Source of the DNA: Adineta vaga
Lineage: Eukaryota; Animalia; Rotifera
DNA: 64,000 nucleotides
Reading direction: 5' to 3'
NCBI GenBank assembly: GCA_021613535.1
Contig: CP075492.1
Span: 7,812,001 to 7,876,000, forward strand
The notes beneath the pieces are model-generated. The model saw only the letters and a program-made list of their open reading frames with translations. It was not told the origin of the DNA and made no database searches. The position numbers and the translations under genes are program-made. Shown here piece by piece: positions 44,062 to 58,402 of this stretch (its first letter is position 1; each line of letters opens with the position of its first letter).

Positions 44062-45163
44062 ATGTCATCAGAATTGATACTTGAGCAAAGTATAAAATCT
44101 TTTGACGGTTATCAATATGTTTATAGTCATGAAAGGTATCAATGAAAATTCTCTATTCGATTTGTTATGTAATTCAATATTTAGTTTTACTGTAGAATGT
44201 AAAATGAAATTTGGTATTTACATTCCAAACATAGCAGATCATGAAAGTGTACCCTTGCTTATATTTCTTTCTAGTTCGTAGAATTTTCCAAAGAAACAAA
44301 CAGTTATTATCGTATTTCGATTAGATTTTAAATGTAATGAACAAAGTTTTATTACAAAATCAGGTGTTCAACGTTTAGCATCAAAATATGGATTCATTGT
44401 TGCTAATCCTGATACGAATCCTCGTATGTATCAGAAGAAAAACAAACCATATTTGATAATTAGATTGGATATGTATTGTAATAGGTAATTGTGAAAACGA
44501 ATGTGAAGATGAAGGATATTATATTGATGCTACACAGAGTCCATGGATAGAAAATTATCAAATGTTTTCATATATAAATGATGAATTTTATGAATTGATT
44601 TTAAGTAATTTTAATGTTGATATTGATCGAATTGGAATTTTTGGGTAAAATATAGATATTCTTATGCAAAAAGGAAAAATGTGTATTCGATTTTAGTCAT
44701 GGAATAGGTGGTCACGGTGCTTTAATAAGTTTTTTTAAACGTCCTAGTCAATATAAATCGATTTCTGCTTTAGCACCGATTTGTCAACCAATGAAATGTC
44801 AATCAAGTAGAAATGCATTTCTGAAATTTCTCGGTGAAAGTAAGTTAATGATAATTAAAACTGATCAAATAAAACCTTATTGATCTTTCAACAGATGAAA
44901 CTGTTTGGAAAGAATATGATGCTTGTGAACTTGTGAGGTCATATGAAGGCCCTATACCATACGCACCGTTATTAATAGATCAAGGTTCAACTGATGAATA
45001 TAGAGAAAATTATTTATTAACCAATGACTTTCTTTATGCATGTGCTAGTGCTTCGTTTCCAGTACAATTACGTGAACAAGTAGATTATGATCATAGTTAT
45101 TACTTTCTTATGACTTTTCTTGAAGATCATTTTAAGTATCATAAAAATGAGTTTGAACATTGA
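44062..45163 (+). CDS. ESD: S-formylglutathione hydrolase (esterase D)-like protein lacking the catalytic Ser
   Basis: KSFDGYQ, CKMKFGIYIP, VANPDTNPR, YYIDATQSPW..NYQMFSY, IFGHGIGGHGAL, SALAPICQP, LIDQG..D and YDHSYYF. Confidence 0.88.
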
Positions 45164-45218
45164 ATAAATATAACAAAAAAAAGTATTTCAGTTCTTTTCC
45201 ACTTGAACATGTTTGGTT

Positions 45219-46079
45219 TTATTTATCAATAATTTTCATACTAATTATAAATAGAAATAAGGAGATTATATTAATGTAATCATATTTAAATATTCCTCCA
45301 TTACTACGAAATTTTACATTCATTGCAGATAATGTGTAATTATGTATAATTGCTTTTACTTGTTCAACTTTTGATTCATCATTACAAGCAGTTGCATCAC
45401 AAACGATTAGTTCAGATGTTTTCTCAACTGAATTTTCATTTTTTGATGTGATGATATAACCAAATTCTACTCTCGTATGTAAATCTGGAGAACATCGTTG
45501 ATGAAGAATATTCGTATGATTAAAAATACAAGTTGAACGTGGCGATATTGAACATTCTTGAAAATCTTTTATTTCTGAATTATAACAAACTAATTCTGGT
45601 GTTTCGTGTAAATTATAAAGTAATTCTTTTAATTGATTCATAGGATTGGATTTATTTACATAGAAATGAAATAAATCTTCGATGTAAAGCTCTGCACATT
45701 CATTACTTGTCTGACAAACAATATGAATTCCAATGAGAAGTTGATTTGTATGAAAAGATTCCATAAGGAATACAAAATAGATGACAAATTTCAAATTATT
45801 CTTTTCAAGTATTTCTTCAATTTGTGTTTCAATAACATGATTTCTTTTACCTAAAGCATATGTTATATATTTGAGATGATGATGATTATCATTATCATAA
45901 TGAATTATTAATTGTCCAAAACATTGTTTTGCGTTACTATCTAAATAACACTCGAATGGGCGTAAATGTTTAGAAAAAGGTGTCGAATGATTGATTCGAA
46001 CAAAAGAACATTGATAAATACAAGAGATTTGTTCTGATATTTGAAAACTATTAATTAAAATGATAAAGAAAATTTTCAT
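45219..46079 (-). CDS. Secreted Cys-rich, putatively GPI-anchored protein (Ly6/uPAR-like pattern)
   Basis: 286-aa intronless ORF with N-terminal hydrophobic leader, two Cys clusters (CIYQC...C...CA; CYN...CDATACN) and a C-terminal hydrophobic tail. Confidence 0.7.
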   Translation of the reverse strand: MKIFFIILINSFQISEQISCIYQCSFVRINHSTPFSKHLRPFECYLDSNAKQCFGQLIIHYDNDNHHHLKYITYALGKRNHVIETQIEEILEKNNLKFVIYFVFLMESFHTNQLLIGIHIVCQTSNECAELYIEDLFHFYVNKSNPMNQLKELLYNLHETPELVCYNSEIKDFQECSISPRSTCIFNHTNILHQRCSPDLHTRVEFGYIITSKNENSVEKTSELIVCDATACNDESKVEQVKAIIHNYTLSAMNVKFRSNGGIFKYDYINIISLFLFIISMKIIDK

Positions 46080-47774
46080 TGATTTTAATTTACCGCTTTA
46101 TTTCTTCGAACAATCGTTTTTATTAAAGTCGAGATTTTTTCATACTTATTGAAAAGACACTCGAGGTTATTTTTTCCTCGCTTTTCGATAGAATCAGAGA
46201 CGTCAGTAAGTAAAAGCAATTATATTTTTTTTGTGTTTGAAAAGCTTTTGATATATGCTTTTCATTGCTTCTTTCTTGTTGTAAGAGCAAGCATGAAGAA
46301 TCGTCAATGAGATCCATTAAGAACCTTTTTTTAGTAGACATTCGAAGAAAAATAATCCAACGGAAGAACAGAGTAGAAGTAATAGACGATACGAGAAGAC
46401 TTCTTTTTTACATATTTCATTTCCTTTTCTCTCTTATCATACTAATACAAACAAAACAAGCAAAGAGCATTCATGTCAAAATCATCTGATCAATCCGAGG
46501 AAGTAAGAGATAGAAAAAAAATTCATTTTCAGCAAAACAAGAATGTACTTTTTAATTCATGAATATGTAACGGATATTCAATTCAGATTTTGATGAAAAG
46601 AAACAGCAGAAAGCTCTTCCGTTACTCAAACAAATAGGCATGCATTGCATGATAATATTTTGTTGACTGACGAAGAGAATATTTGATAATAAGAACATTT
46701 CAGCTTGACAAGATACCTAGAGAACAGGAAATAAGTATAAAATATTGATACAATCATATAATTTTTTTGCGTATAACATACGGAAATCGAATAAAATTTA
46801 TTAAGAATGATGAATATGACACTGATTATTGGTGAAGTAAGTATAAGATGAAAAAGAACCGAATATATTAGTTGAAGCAATGAGTGGAATGAGTTGTAAT
46901 GAAAGAGGAGATTAATGAGAAAAAATAATCGAGTCGACAATGAATCATCTTTCTTTTTGTGTTGTAATAATTAGATTAATAATAAGTTTAGTTTGTTTAA
47001 ACTGTCTTTCAAAGAGTATGACAAGCATCAGACAAACTATCGTTGTAATCTGTCATGTCAGAAAATATCGACTGTTCTTTTTCAGAAGATTGACAATTCA
47101 TATTATACTACTACGTAATTATATTTAGGTCAGTAGAATATTAAAAAAGATCATTGTGTCTTAGTGAATGAAACATTTATTTTTAGCTGTATTAATTTCT
47201 TTAAATTGTCCTATTGGTGATTAGAAAAAAATGTCGCCATAGAATCTGTTTTTTTTCTTCTTGCTTTTGCTAAGAATTCAAAGAATAAGAAGTTCATTGT
47301 TGGATGCCAATGAGATAGAGGAAAGTAGAAGGTCGTAAGTACTGATTCTCATTGAAGAATTTCAAGAAAATGAATTTATCTTTGAAATATAAGTTATTTC
47401 ATCGCACATTTGAAACTCTTCTTGTTGATGAGCATAACTGATGTAGTCCCAAACTACGTTTGTGGGCGTATAATCTACCAACGTGTGCATTAATGAAATT
47501 TTGCGACATTATTTCCCTGTAGGCACAGACTTGGTTATGTTAATGTTAGATTTTTCATCGTGGAAAATTTACATATAACATTAGTTTTATCGTAAGTTAT
47601 CGGTTGTCAAATGATATTAAATTTTTTCTTTAAGTTTATATAGATGAATATGATTGTAGATTTTATTGTAAGATTTTTCTACTAAATTCATCATATGATT
47701 GATTATAGTATACAGTCATTGGATTATTTATGTAAAAAAATAGCATCAATGTTCATGAGATTGTACCTGGAAAT

Positions 47775-49422
47775 ATGTTGAACAATAAGGTATTGACTGA
47801 TATAGAATTAAATTCAAATTATTTGTAGTAATAGCATGATTGACTGAATAAAATAGAATCGAGAAAATGTATCGGAATATATTCTATTTCTTTGATTTAG
47901 ACGAACATTCTTACTAACAATAATTTAACTTTATGCAAAGCTGATTATTTCGAAACATGTTGGTGTCAATTTAATAGCAGTGAACCTGTCAAATGTTCTT
48001 ATCTCTTACGTCATGTAATAACATCTTCAAATTCAACACATTTTTGTGTTTATCATAATATTCGAAAAATAATTGAATGTTTCAATTCAACAACCATTCT
48101 AGTAACATCATCTGTTTCACCTTCAAATTTTTATATTTATTTCACCATTCTTCTCTTTGTTATTGGAATTCTTGGAAATGGTTTATCAATCATTGTTCTA
48201 TTCGATAAAACACTTCGATGTTTAAGTGTTTATAGAAATTTCATTATCTTTTGTACATTAAATATATTCTACTTATTAGCAATATCAAGTCGACATATCA
48301 ATAATTATAATCAAGATTTACGTAATATCTCACCGAATATTTGTCGTTGGCATACATTTATTGTCGCTTTTACTGGTCATCTTTGTTCATGGCAACTTGT
48401 TTCGACAAGTATTCAACGTGTTCATGCATCACTTAGTTTACAATTACATCGAACAGCATCATGGGTATGTATGAAAGCCAATGAATACATATTGAATATT
48501 TCAATCATTTATTTAGATTCAAACTTTTGCCATTTTATTTTTCTGCATTATTCTTCCTCTCTTTGTTTTCGATGGTCAACTTTTATTCAATTATGGACTT
48601 TTCTCAAAACGTCGCATGTGTGATGAAAATTCCATATTTAAAATCAGACAATTTCAACGTTCATTAGATTCTCCACTAACAAATCAATCGACACTATTGA
48701 AAAATATTACAACACGATATTATCCGACAATTTTTCGAACATCAAATTTCAAACCAAATGTTTGCAGTGTTTGCATTCTTTGGAATATTTTCGATACATT
48801 TATCTATGCGATCATTCCCTTTCTACTCATATTGATTAGTAGTATTATAATTATCGTCAAAATTTGTGAACGACGTCGTTCAACTATTGTTTTTGGTGGT
48901 GTATGTCATACGAATTCACGAATAATTTCTACTCAAGATAAATTATCTATGTTTTTAATTCTTATCAATTGTTTATTTTTGATTATGACTGGACCATTTA
49001 ATACCTATTTGATTATTCAATCGATGTTGAAATACTTTTTTTCGAAACCATGTACATCGAAAATAACAACGCAATTAAATGAATATCTACGTTTACTTCA
49101 AAATTCATATCATGCTTTATCATTTATATTTTATTGTCTTATTGGAAATAAATTTCGACAATCGGCATGGTCAATGTGTCAACGAATATATTGTAAACTT
49201 ATTCAATCATTCTATGGATATTCACACACACAATCATCACTGATGCCATCATGTTGTATTGAACGTCAAAATTTCAAAAACACAGGTCCAGCAGCATCAT
49301 CAACTACAATTGGGAATAAACGACTATCGAATTTCTTACCAATGACTTTGATGCGTAAAAAAAGTTCATTCGTTGAGATTTCATATGATCAACAAAATAA
49401 AGAATCGGATGTATTTATTTAA
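47775..49422 (+). CDS. Divergent rhodopsin-like (class A) GPCR
   Basis: TM1 GILGNGLS, TM3 ICRWH...SWQLVSTSIQRV, TM5 YAIIPF, TM6 FLIMTGP, TM7 FIFYCLIGNKFR. Exons start at 47901 and about 48517; the first exon at 47775 is tentative. Confidence 0.8.
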
Positions 49423-49907
49423 AATAAAACAAAAATCCAGTGAATATTCATTTCGTTGTCTTATTGATGTGATAATAATTAGATTCACAATTCCACAAAA
49501 ACTAATGCATAGTATAGTGTACTATTGTTGTTTTCGTTTTCTCATCTATTTATTTTTGAGAAATAAAAATTTATGATGCTATAAAGCTTGATTTCTTGTT
49601 TTTTCTTTCCTTCTGAAACGTCTTCATCCATAAATAATATTCAAGGATCCGATGAGCAAATACAGCAACTGAGTAAGACTAAATAGGTTCTATTGCTTCT
49701 TACAGAAAGAAAGAAAAAAACTTCTACAACCATGTGCTCCAACCAGTCAGAAAAAATATAGAGGAAAAATCAACGCCATATTTCTTCTTTTCTTCGGTGC
49801 ATTTTATCCACTGGTTACATTGACATATTTGAGGAAAAAAAGTGATAAATCGGATGTTTGCATAATTGTGTGTCAGCAAACGTTTGATTTTCTTTTTTAG
49901 TTCAACG

Positions 49908-50999
49908 ATGGAATCAAATACGAACACAGTGTTGAATACAACTGAATCGATAAATACTGATCCATTGATGAAACCAGAAGTAAATGTTGTTAGTTCTAAA
50001 CAATTATCTGAAACACTATTTCAACGTTTTTCTGGTATATTCTATGCGGCATTTTCAGCATTTCTAATAACAGTCTCCATCTTTATAACAAAACAACTAG
50101 ACGTCGATTTACTTGAAGCATTAATTCCACGATTTATTGTTCAAAGTATACTTTTATTCATCTATATGAAATTTGTAAAACATTATACATTCTATAAACA
50201 GACGAGCAAAGGTGAACGTTTACTTTTGTTCGTCAATGCATTCTCTTCTACAACTGGCTTTTTTGCTTTTTTCTTTGCATATCGTTACTTGTCATTACCA
50301 GATGCAACAACTATACGTTATAGTCAAGTAATTTGGACAGCAATTCTATCGGCAATTGTCTATCGTGAAAAACCATCTATACCAATGATCTTAGCAACAA
50401 TACTAACAACAATTGGTGTCACATGTGTTGCTCAACCGACCTTCTTATTTGACAAAACATCAAATCTTACAATGCATGAAACTTCTTTTACAAATCATCA
50501 ACAACGTTCAATAGCGTTGTTGATTGTATTGTATTCTTCAATTGCTATGTCAATTATGATTGTATCAAACAAACATTTACTGTACAAATACAAAACAAAA
50601 CACAGTTTAATTGTTTTACAATATGCATTTATTTCATTATGTATTATGGTGATTTATTGTTTTTATAAATATTATTTTCTTTCAAATCGAATTGAATCAT
50701 TGAAAACGAATTTTTTCAATTGGAAATATGCATGTGCATCAATTGCTTGTCTTTTACAAATTGTTTCGTCTACACTCGTACAAAAAGCACTTAAACGTGA
50801 ACCACCGTCCATATTTACAATTATTCAATCCAGTGATATTTTATTTTCTATTCTATTACAAAATGCTTTTTCATCGGTCAAATCTAATCTTCTATCGATA
50901 TTTGGTTCGATTCTCGTCTTAACAAGTATAATAATTATTAGTACTTTTAAATTTTTCAATGAAAGAAAAATGAAGAAAAACATCGAACAACCGCGATGA
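49908..50999 (+). CDS. EamA/DMT transporter (SLC35G-like), intronless
   Basis: About 10 TM segments in two EamA repeats; RF.VQ, AYRYLSLPDATTIRYS, YREKP and VAQPTFLF. Confidence 0.88.
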   Translation: MESNTNTVLNTTESINTDPLMKPEVNVVSSKQLSETLFQRFSGIFYAAFSAFLITVSIFITKQLDVDLLEALIPRFIVQSILLFIYMKFVKHYTFYKQTSKGERLLLFVNAFSSTTGFFAFFFAYRYLSLPDATTIRYSQVIWTAILSAIVYREKPSIPMILATILTTIGVTCVAQPTFLFDKTSNLTMHETSFTNHQQRSIALLIVLYSSIAMSIMIVSNKHLLYKYKTKHSLIVLQYAFISLCIMVIYCFYKYYFLSNRIESLKTNFFNWKYACASIACLLQIVSSTLVQKALKREPPSIFTIIQSSDILFSILLQNAFSSVKSNLLSIFGSILVLTSIIIISTFKFFNERKMKKNIEQPR

Positions 51000-52712
51000 G
51001 ATAAATATTTCTCAAAGTGATCTATACGGAATCGATTCTATACTTTTCGTTTGAAAGTTCAATGGATTATTAGAATCATTTCTATATGTGATTCTTACTA
51101 GCATACTTTTACCTTTATAAATATAAAAATAACATTCAATGATGTCATAACGTTATAGTAGTACGTATACTACTATATCTTTCTTTCAATTAATATAAAG
51201 ATTAAATCTAAAAACTCGAACATGATTCGATGTTCAACATGTTCGTATCGAACACATATTTTTTCGCATTAGCTATTTGATCTAGTGTGTTTGAAGACTT
51301 ACAAACGTATGCAACTATGTTCAATAAGTTAACTTTTTTCATACAAGTTATTTTAAAGGTGTACATTCGCTTGCATTTTTCAATTGTAGTCTTATTTCAC
51401 AGTTGCATTATATCAAGATTGGGATGCTTATATTAATTATTGAAAGGGACAGACTGTCGAGTTGAAGGCCAAAGTAGTTGTGACAAGGACTCTGTTTTGT
51501 TAAATAAAAGACAAAAACAATGAAGTTTTCGTTTGGAATTTGAAGGGAAAACAAAAAGAAGTTAGAGAGATATGATTTCTAAAATAGGTTGCAAATAGCA
51601 GTAGTATGCTTGCTCTTTGTCTCAATATCTTGTTGCACATCAAATATAATTTTGGAAAATAATCAACTAACCAATTTAATCTGAACGATTGGATGTTCAA
51701 TTTCAAACTAGTCACTCATCTTGTCTCAGATTTGAAAGAAAAAAAACTATAGGTTGTATTCTTCATCTAATTAACGCGAAGAATAGATATATTTAATACT
51801 AGTTCAGAATTAACGAGATTGACAAGGATCTTGTATTTTAATCGATGTATGTTTTGAAATTTTATATTGAAATTATTCAGTAATACAACACTTTTTAACG
51901 TGTATTTGAAAGCAAGTAAAACAGTAAGAATACGAGCATCTATTAAATGAATAAAGTATTGAGTAATATTGACAATGATGATATTGATCTTTTTCAAAGA
52001 ACATGATGAATTTGCATAAAATTCTGCACTTTTGTGAACTTTCTTTAATAGGATATTCTTTCGATAACAGCTTTTACATTGAATCATCTACGCTAATATA
52101 AGGTTATAGGAATACCATATGTTGTCTTCGTAGTCACAAAAATCTTTTTATCGGATAAAAAAATATGAAATTGTTTGAGAATTCATTTAGATTTTTCAAA
52201 TAAAACTAAAATATTCATTGATACTGAATCGAATAGTTTTCGAGACTCCTAAGAAGATCTCTAATTTTAATTTATTTCTGATCAATGTTTAGATTAAACA
52301 CTTGAACCATTATTACTTTTCATCTAGCGTTTAATGCTCGACGAATATGTATGTATATATATATATATATTTATAAGTTTCGGACTTAAACGAAAAGAAA
52401 ACGAGTCGAAAAAAGAGTAGGTACAGAAAACAGGTATGAGAGAATTGTTTTGTTTTGCATGTATAACCTAACTAAATAGAAAAGTATCAGAAAATCAAAG
52501 CGAGAAAAGCATTAAAAGGAGAGAAAAAAAAGAGTGTTTGATTTTCTTGCATCATACCGTATTTGTCAAGAAAAAAGAAACGAAAAGAAAAAAACAAATC
52601 GAAATCGAAACATTGTATAAAGTATATAGATCCGATGACTAAAAACATATTTATTGTAGATTGTTCAACAAACGGAATGTCAATGGAAGAAAAAGAGTTT
52701 ACTGATTCAGAA

Positions 52713-55643
52713 TCAAGTAGCACTTGTCGATGAATTAGTTGGTTTTGTCAGATGTGAAATCGGATCGTATCGTAGTACCATATCATGTGCTTCAGGATGA
52801 AGACGAAGATATTCATTTTTTGCATTTGAATAGGCTTGAACCATTTCTTCATAATGAAGTTTTTCACTTTGATTAGATAATGTACATCTTAAAAGAAGAA
52901 AATCATTCATTATCTAATGAGAGTAATTTTCATCGAAATCTTACTTTTCATTATTAGTAAAATGATCATAACCATTGATTGTTTCGCGACAAACATAACA
53001 AATAAATAACCCACATGATGAACAAGTCATTTTATTACAACCTTCCACTTTATAAAATCTCTATAAACGAAGGAAAAGACACGATTTTCAAATCATTCAA
53101 TGTCAAAACAATCACAATTCCTACTTGTGTACAACGAGGACATTTTCGTATCATTGCTTCAGTAACATGTTCTTCAATAAATTTACGCATTTCAAGTTCA
53201 ACACCTTTTTCAACTTCATCACATCGTAATGGAATATGATTAGGTTCTTTACATAATCTAAAATACAAATAGAGATACTTTAAAAATGAATAAGAGAAAT
53301 ATCATTGTAAATTAACCTGCAAGTTTCTCTCATACATTCAGGATTTAAACAACGAAATACTTTATCATCAGGATTATCAACAATAGCAGCATATGGACAA
53401 TAAGGACAGCATTCAAGATCGTCGATTTCAGCTAAACAAAACAAACAAATACTGATTAAAATCAAAAATATTATTAGAAGAAAAAAAACAAACTCAAAAG
53501 TATTCATCTCTTCGAATCTCTTGATTTTTCTGCTATTACAAATTAGTTTACCTTGTCGAATATTTTCTTCTTGTATCCGTCTGTTCAATCGATTTAAATC
53601 ATTGGGTGATAAAAGTTCACTAACAAGTTGTATTGCATATTCACCTGGACATGAGCTTTCAACACAAGCAAATCGACATTTGCCTTCTTTGAAAGAAACA
53701 TCAATATGTGTTCGAACACAACTTCTATAATAAAGAGAAGAAAAAAAGGGAATGCAGAAAAGTTATATAGAGACAAAAATGGATTGTATCAAACGTACCG
53801 ACAATAAAGATGCCCTACTGTACATTCTACCATATCATCAATTAATAAGTCTTCTCGACAACATATTTCACATTCCAATGTTTCATTGCCTTTTTTGGCT
53901 TTTTTCACACGTTTTTCATGGTCTTTAGACATTTTACCGAGATAACCTGAAAATTTGTTTATACAAAAATAATATTGATAGAAAAACAACTGAAAAATAT
54001 TCTTACGTCGAATTTTCACTTCATTCTTAGCAAAACGAAGTTCATCATAGAATTCTTCACATGGTGTATGCGGAATTGCATATGCAAACTTGTTATTTTT
54101 TATTAACCATGAGGCGGATGGCATTCGACTGACACCACTTGTCGAAAGATCTAATTAAATATTTTATTAATAAATAGTATCCATGAATATTAAATTTACA
54201 TACCAAGCATATCTATGGATTTTCGAATAGCTGTTCGTTGTAGAAAAGTATTTGTTCGAACAGATAAACGTGTTTCTAATTTTCGGATTGTTGAAAGAAA
54301 ATGATAATTTTCTTCTTCTAAAGCTTGTTCAAGAATACTTTTATCCGTCGTTGGAAAAGCACGAACAAGAAATGCTTTCGCATGATTAATATACGATTCA
54401 GATTGTTTACGTTGAGTATCGAAAAAATATGTTAAAGGATCCGAATAAGACGATAAAAATTTTGGTATATCATCGATTGTCTCAGACCACGAACGTTTTA
54501 ATGACATATGTCGATTATGATCTGATGATTTCTTTTGTTTTTTCGTATAACCATTATCGAGAAAATTTGTTACTATATCATTAGTTGAAGGAATTGGATT
54601 CATGGCGGTAATTGTTCGACGTGCTACATCAAGATCAATATCAGGTATGACAGCTTCGACTTGTCCAAGAATTTCTTCAACATCGATTTCAGGTACTAGA
54701 ATAAGTTCAGTTTCAGTCACGGGATTTTGAGGTGTAATTGTTGGTTGAACTATTTGCGTAGGTGGTGGAATTATTGGTGCGGGATACTGTTGCATTGGAG
54801 GTGTTGGATATGTATATGTATGTGGTTGAACCGGAATAAAATCTCTAGAAGAAATATTAATCTTTTAAAACGTCATAAATTGCACTTTACTCAGAGATAG
54901 TGAGTACTTTCAAGTTGAGATTGAAAACGGTACAGAGTTAGGCAGAAAGGAAAAAAACAGGAAACGTCATAATAGAGATTTCTTCAATGTATTAGTTTCC
55001 TTATTTAATGAATTTTTAATTATCTTTTCAGTCTACTAAACATCTAATTCAGATATAAATCATCGTATTTCTTATATATTATCTTTTTCAAGAATTCGAT
55101 ATTCTGCATACTGTAAAAATCCATCTAATAGTTGGAAAATTCCTTTTTACACATGTCATCTTTTCACTGGGAATATGACAAACTTCTCAATAGTTGAACT
55201 GTCATAAATGATTGTTTTTATATTTCAACGAACCTGATAGGTGTAGATGGATTCACTGTATTATTTGTTGTTAAATCAATAACATCATTTGTTATCGTCT
55301 GTTGTGGAGAATTAAAATTCATCATTGGAAGTGTCGTCATTGGCCATGATTGATTATTATTTAAACTTATCCATGGATATGTCGGAGGTGTTTGTTGATT
55401 ATAAAGTGATGGATAAATAGGCGTTGTTGTCGTCGGCCATGGATTGACTGTTGTCGGCATCCAAATTCGATCGAACATAGTTGGTGTTGCACCAAGTTGA
55501 ATATTCCTCCAATCAGATAAATCTTTTGCTTGTTGATTCACAGATGTTGCTGTTGCCGACGTTGTTGTCGTTGTTGTTGTTTGTGTATTTGCCGATGAAA
55601 TATTTAATGAATGATCAAGTTCATTAAAATCCAAATAATTCAT
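52713..55643 (-). CDS. RNF216: RBR E3 ubiquitin ligase, RNF216/TRIAD3-like
   Basis: RING1 CEICC...C..GHLYC, IBR CPYC...CLNPEC...C..C..HIPLRCDEVE, IEEHVTEAMIRKCPRC and RING2 EGCNKMTC..C...CYVCR...GYDHF. Confidence 0.9.
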
Positions 55644-56494
55644 GGCTATATGCTCTAAAAATTCATATGTATACGTCTCTTTAATTTAGATCATATAAGA
55701 AAAAAAAACCAATCAATATGATGATGAAAAAAAACATAGGATGAGGAGGAGTTGACCGTCTATACACGAACGTAACGAATGAACATATCAATGAATGAAG
55801 AAAAAGAAATTGTAAATACTCCTACTCAGTAACAACAGCATTTTTCTATCCTACCACCACAACAACAACAACAGCGTCATAGCTTGCAAAAAAAAAACGA
55901 GAGAAAAAACTAAACGAAGTATGTGTTGGGAGAACGAACAACGCACAACGCCGCGGCGTATAATAACGGAAGAGGAAAATGAGAGAAAATGTATGAGAGC
56001 TTGAGGGACCGACCGATCGACTATCTGCTTGTTTCTTCTCGTCGATAACGAACATTAATAAACGTTTCAATAGTCTCACCTACTGAACAATTTTTTTCTT
56101 TTACTCCCTTTTTTCTTCTATGATTTAATATGACATAAAAAGTCTTGTTAACGAGTTGAAGATAATGACAAATATATTTTTCATGAATATACATATATTC
56201 ATGATGCTTGAATCAGTATGGTATTAGTCATTGTCATATTTCAATATTCAGGTAGAAGGCAAAAAAAAATACCAATTAAACTGATTGTAGCGACATCTGA
56301 TTTTTATTTTTGAAAAGAATTTCCTTTAACTTTTCCCAATTGATAAAATTTCTATAGAATTATATTCATCATGAAAAGAAAAAGCCATTTAATCATCTGT
56401 GGATCTTTCCTATTGGGTTAAATATCAGCTGATAAGAAATGATGTAATTCTTCTAGATCTAGAATAGAATTATTATTTTTGTATGTACATATGC

Positions 56495-57648
56495 ATGTTC
56501 AGAAATTCTCAACAACGTTTGTGGAGGAAAAGTAGGATTTGTAGTGAACATCTACATCCATATAACAACAATTTCATCCGATCTACTTTTCCATCATCTC
56601 GGTAATTTTAGTTTTCTTTCGCAAAAAAAAATAAAATGTATTCTTTTCGTGTAAAGATCATTTAGTTTAACAAAATGTCGCTGTAAAACAGCAAATATTA
56701 ATTCACGAAATTATTATGATCTATTAGGTGTAGAACGAACAGCAACACAAAAAGAAATTCGAAAAGCTTTTGTAAAATTATCCAAAGAGGTGAATATGAT
56801 TAGATAGACGAATATGATTATCATTATAAAAGACTTCAAGTTATAGTATCATCCCGATGCCAATTCAGCCGATAAATCTCTTCATGATAAATTTGTAAAA
56901 ATTAATGAAGCATTCAGTGTTCTTAGTAAAACATCAACAAGAAAGACTTATGATCAAAGTAATTAAATAGTTAAGTACACTTGGTCTTTAATGGGATTGA
57001 TTTCATCTAGCGTTCAATCCTTCACAACAACAGCAACAATCGTATACTCGACGATATTCTGCTCCTCCAACATCACGACAACAATCATCAACTAGTTCCT
57101 CATTCGAATGGACAGCTCGAAATTTTAGTAATCGAGGAGCTCATGAACGTCAATCAACTTCGAATGATTATGATTGGTAAGTAGGTGTAAATATCTTCTT
57201 ATAACTCTTTAAAACAACAACAAAACTATATATCTTTAAGGGGAACACCTCATTTTGATAAGACCTTCTATGACATGCTTCGTCGACAAATGAAACAAGA
57301 TCGAAAACGTCAAGAGAATTATTCACGTAATCCACCGCCAGGATACGGATTGATCAATACTTACTTCGCTCCATTTTCAATCATTTCATTTCTAATCGGT
57401 TTTGGTATTTTGATTCATGTTCTACAAGGACGGTAAGAGATTGAGAAAGATTTTTCTTCAAAATAAAATCGATGCAACGTATGTTTATTAGCATGGTGCG
57501 ATTTTCTGATCCAAATTATGTTGTTGACCCACGAAGTCGAAGTTATCATGCTTACCGTGAATGGCAACGATTGAGTGCACTTAAAGATGCTGAATCGATG
57601 CCGTTACGTGAAAGTTTAACACGACGTAATGATAATGAAGAAAAATAA
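56495..57648 (+). CDS. J-domain co-chaperone (DNAJC4/DnaJ-60-like) with C-terminal TM segment; absent from the ORF track
   Basis: Spliced NYYDLLGV...KEIRKAFVKLSKEYHPDAN...HDKFVKINEAFSVLS...RKTYD; hydrophobic FSIISFLIGFGILIHVL. Confidence 0.88.
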
Positions 57649-58402
57649 ATTTTCTTTCCTTTTTTTTTCGTTATCAACCTTGTTCTTCTTGTACGATATT
57701 ATTTAAGCGAATAAACATAGCAATTCATACAATGTTATGAACATTTATCTGTAAGAAAGAAAAAAGCAGTTAGTTTTATGTTTCTACCATTCGATGTCGT
57801 TTGTCGTCAGTTTTTTCTTCTTCACAAGAAACAAATGACTGTACAAGGTAAGACGATTGTTTAATAAAAATAAGACGTAAAAACGAGAGTATTTTTTAAT
57901 TGTCAGTCTCGTCGTTATGTAATTATTTTCAATTTCATGCCTATGCGTAGAAAAGAATCTCTTGTCATACAGATTTTTTTTCTTTTTTCGATAAGTAGAA
58001 AGATATTATCTGAGAATGTTCATATGACGTATTTCATGTCTATTTCTATTGGTAGGATCAATGTCATAATATGTAAATTAAATTAATCAACAGATTGAAA
58101 ATGAAAATACTATTTTGAGAAAATCAAAGCTGTTGTTCTCATCATCATATGAACGGAATTGTGACCAGATTCGAAAGAAAGGAATAACTATAAATATCAC
58201 GAATAGTCTTAACCAGACAAGACATAAAGAATGGTCTTCTTTCTGAACAGCACCAGAATGCATTTGGTATATTAGCCTTCAGAAACATCCACTGGAAACA
58301 GCTATTAATATCTATGTATAAACTAATCCGGATCATCCGAAACGTCAACAGTATAAATACTCGAGCGTTCAATAGAACATCAATATTAGATTCTGAATCA
58401 TA

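Noticed and set aside
46500-47130. Hydrophobic minus-strand ORF fragments with a splice-like site
   Set aside because: Could not be assembled into a recognisable gene; hydrophobic ORFs are expected in AT-rich DNA
51440-52150. GC-richer fragment and stop-riddled Cys-rich frame, with SVDDSM resembling a piggyBac motif
   Set aside because: No matching inverted repeat, target-site duplication or extended transposase similarity visible; a repeat-library search would be needed
56181-56204. Short hairpin TCATGAATATA-CA-TATATTCATGA
   Set aside because: Short and AT-rich; plausible by chance
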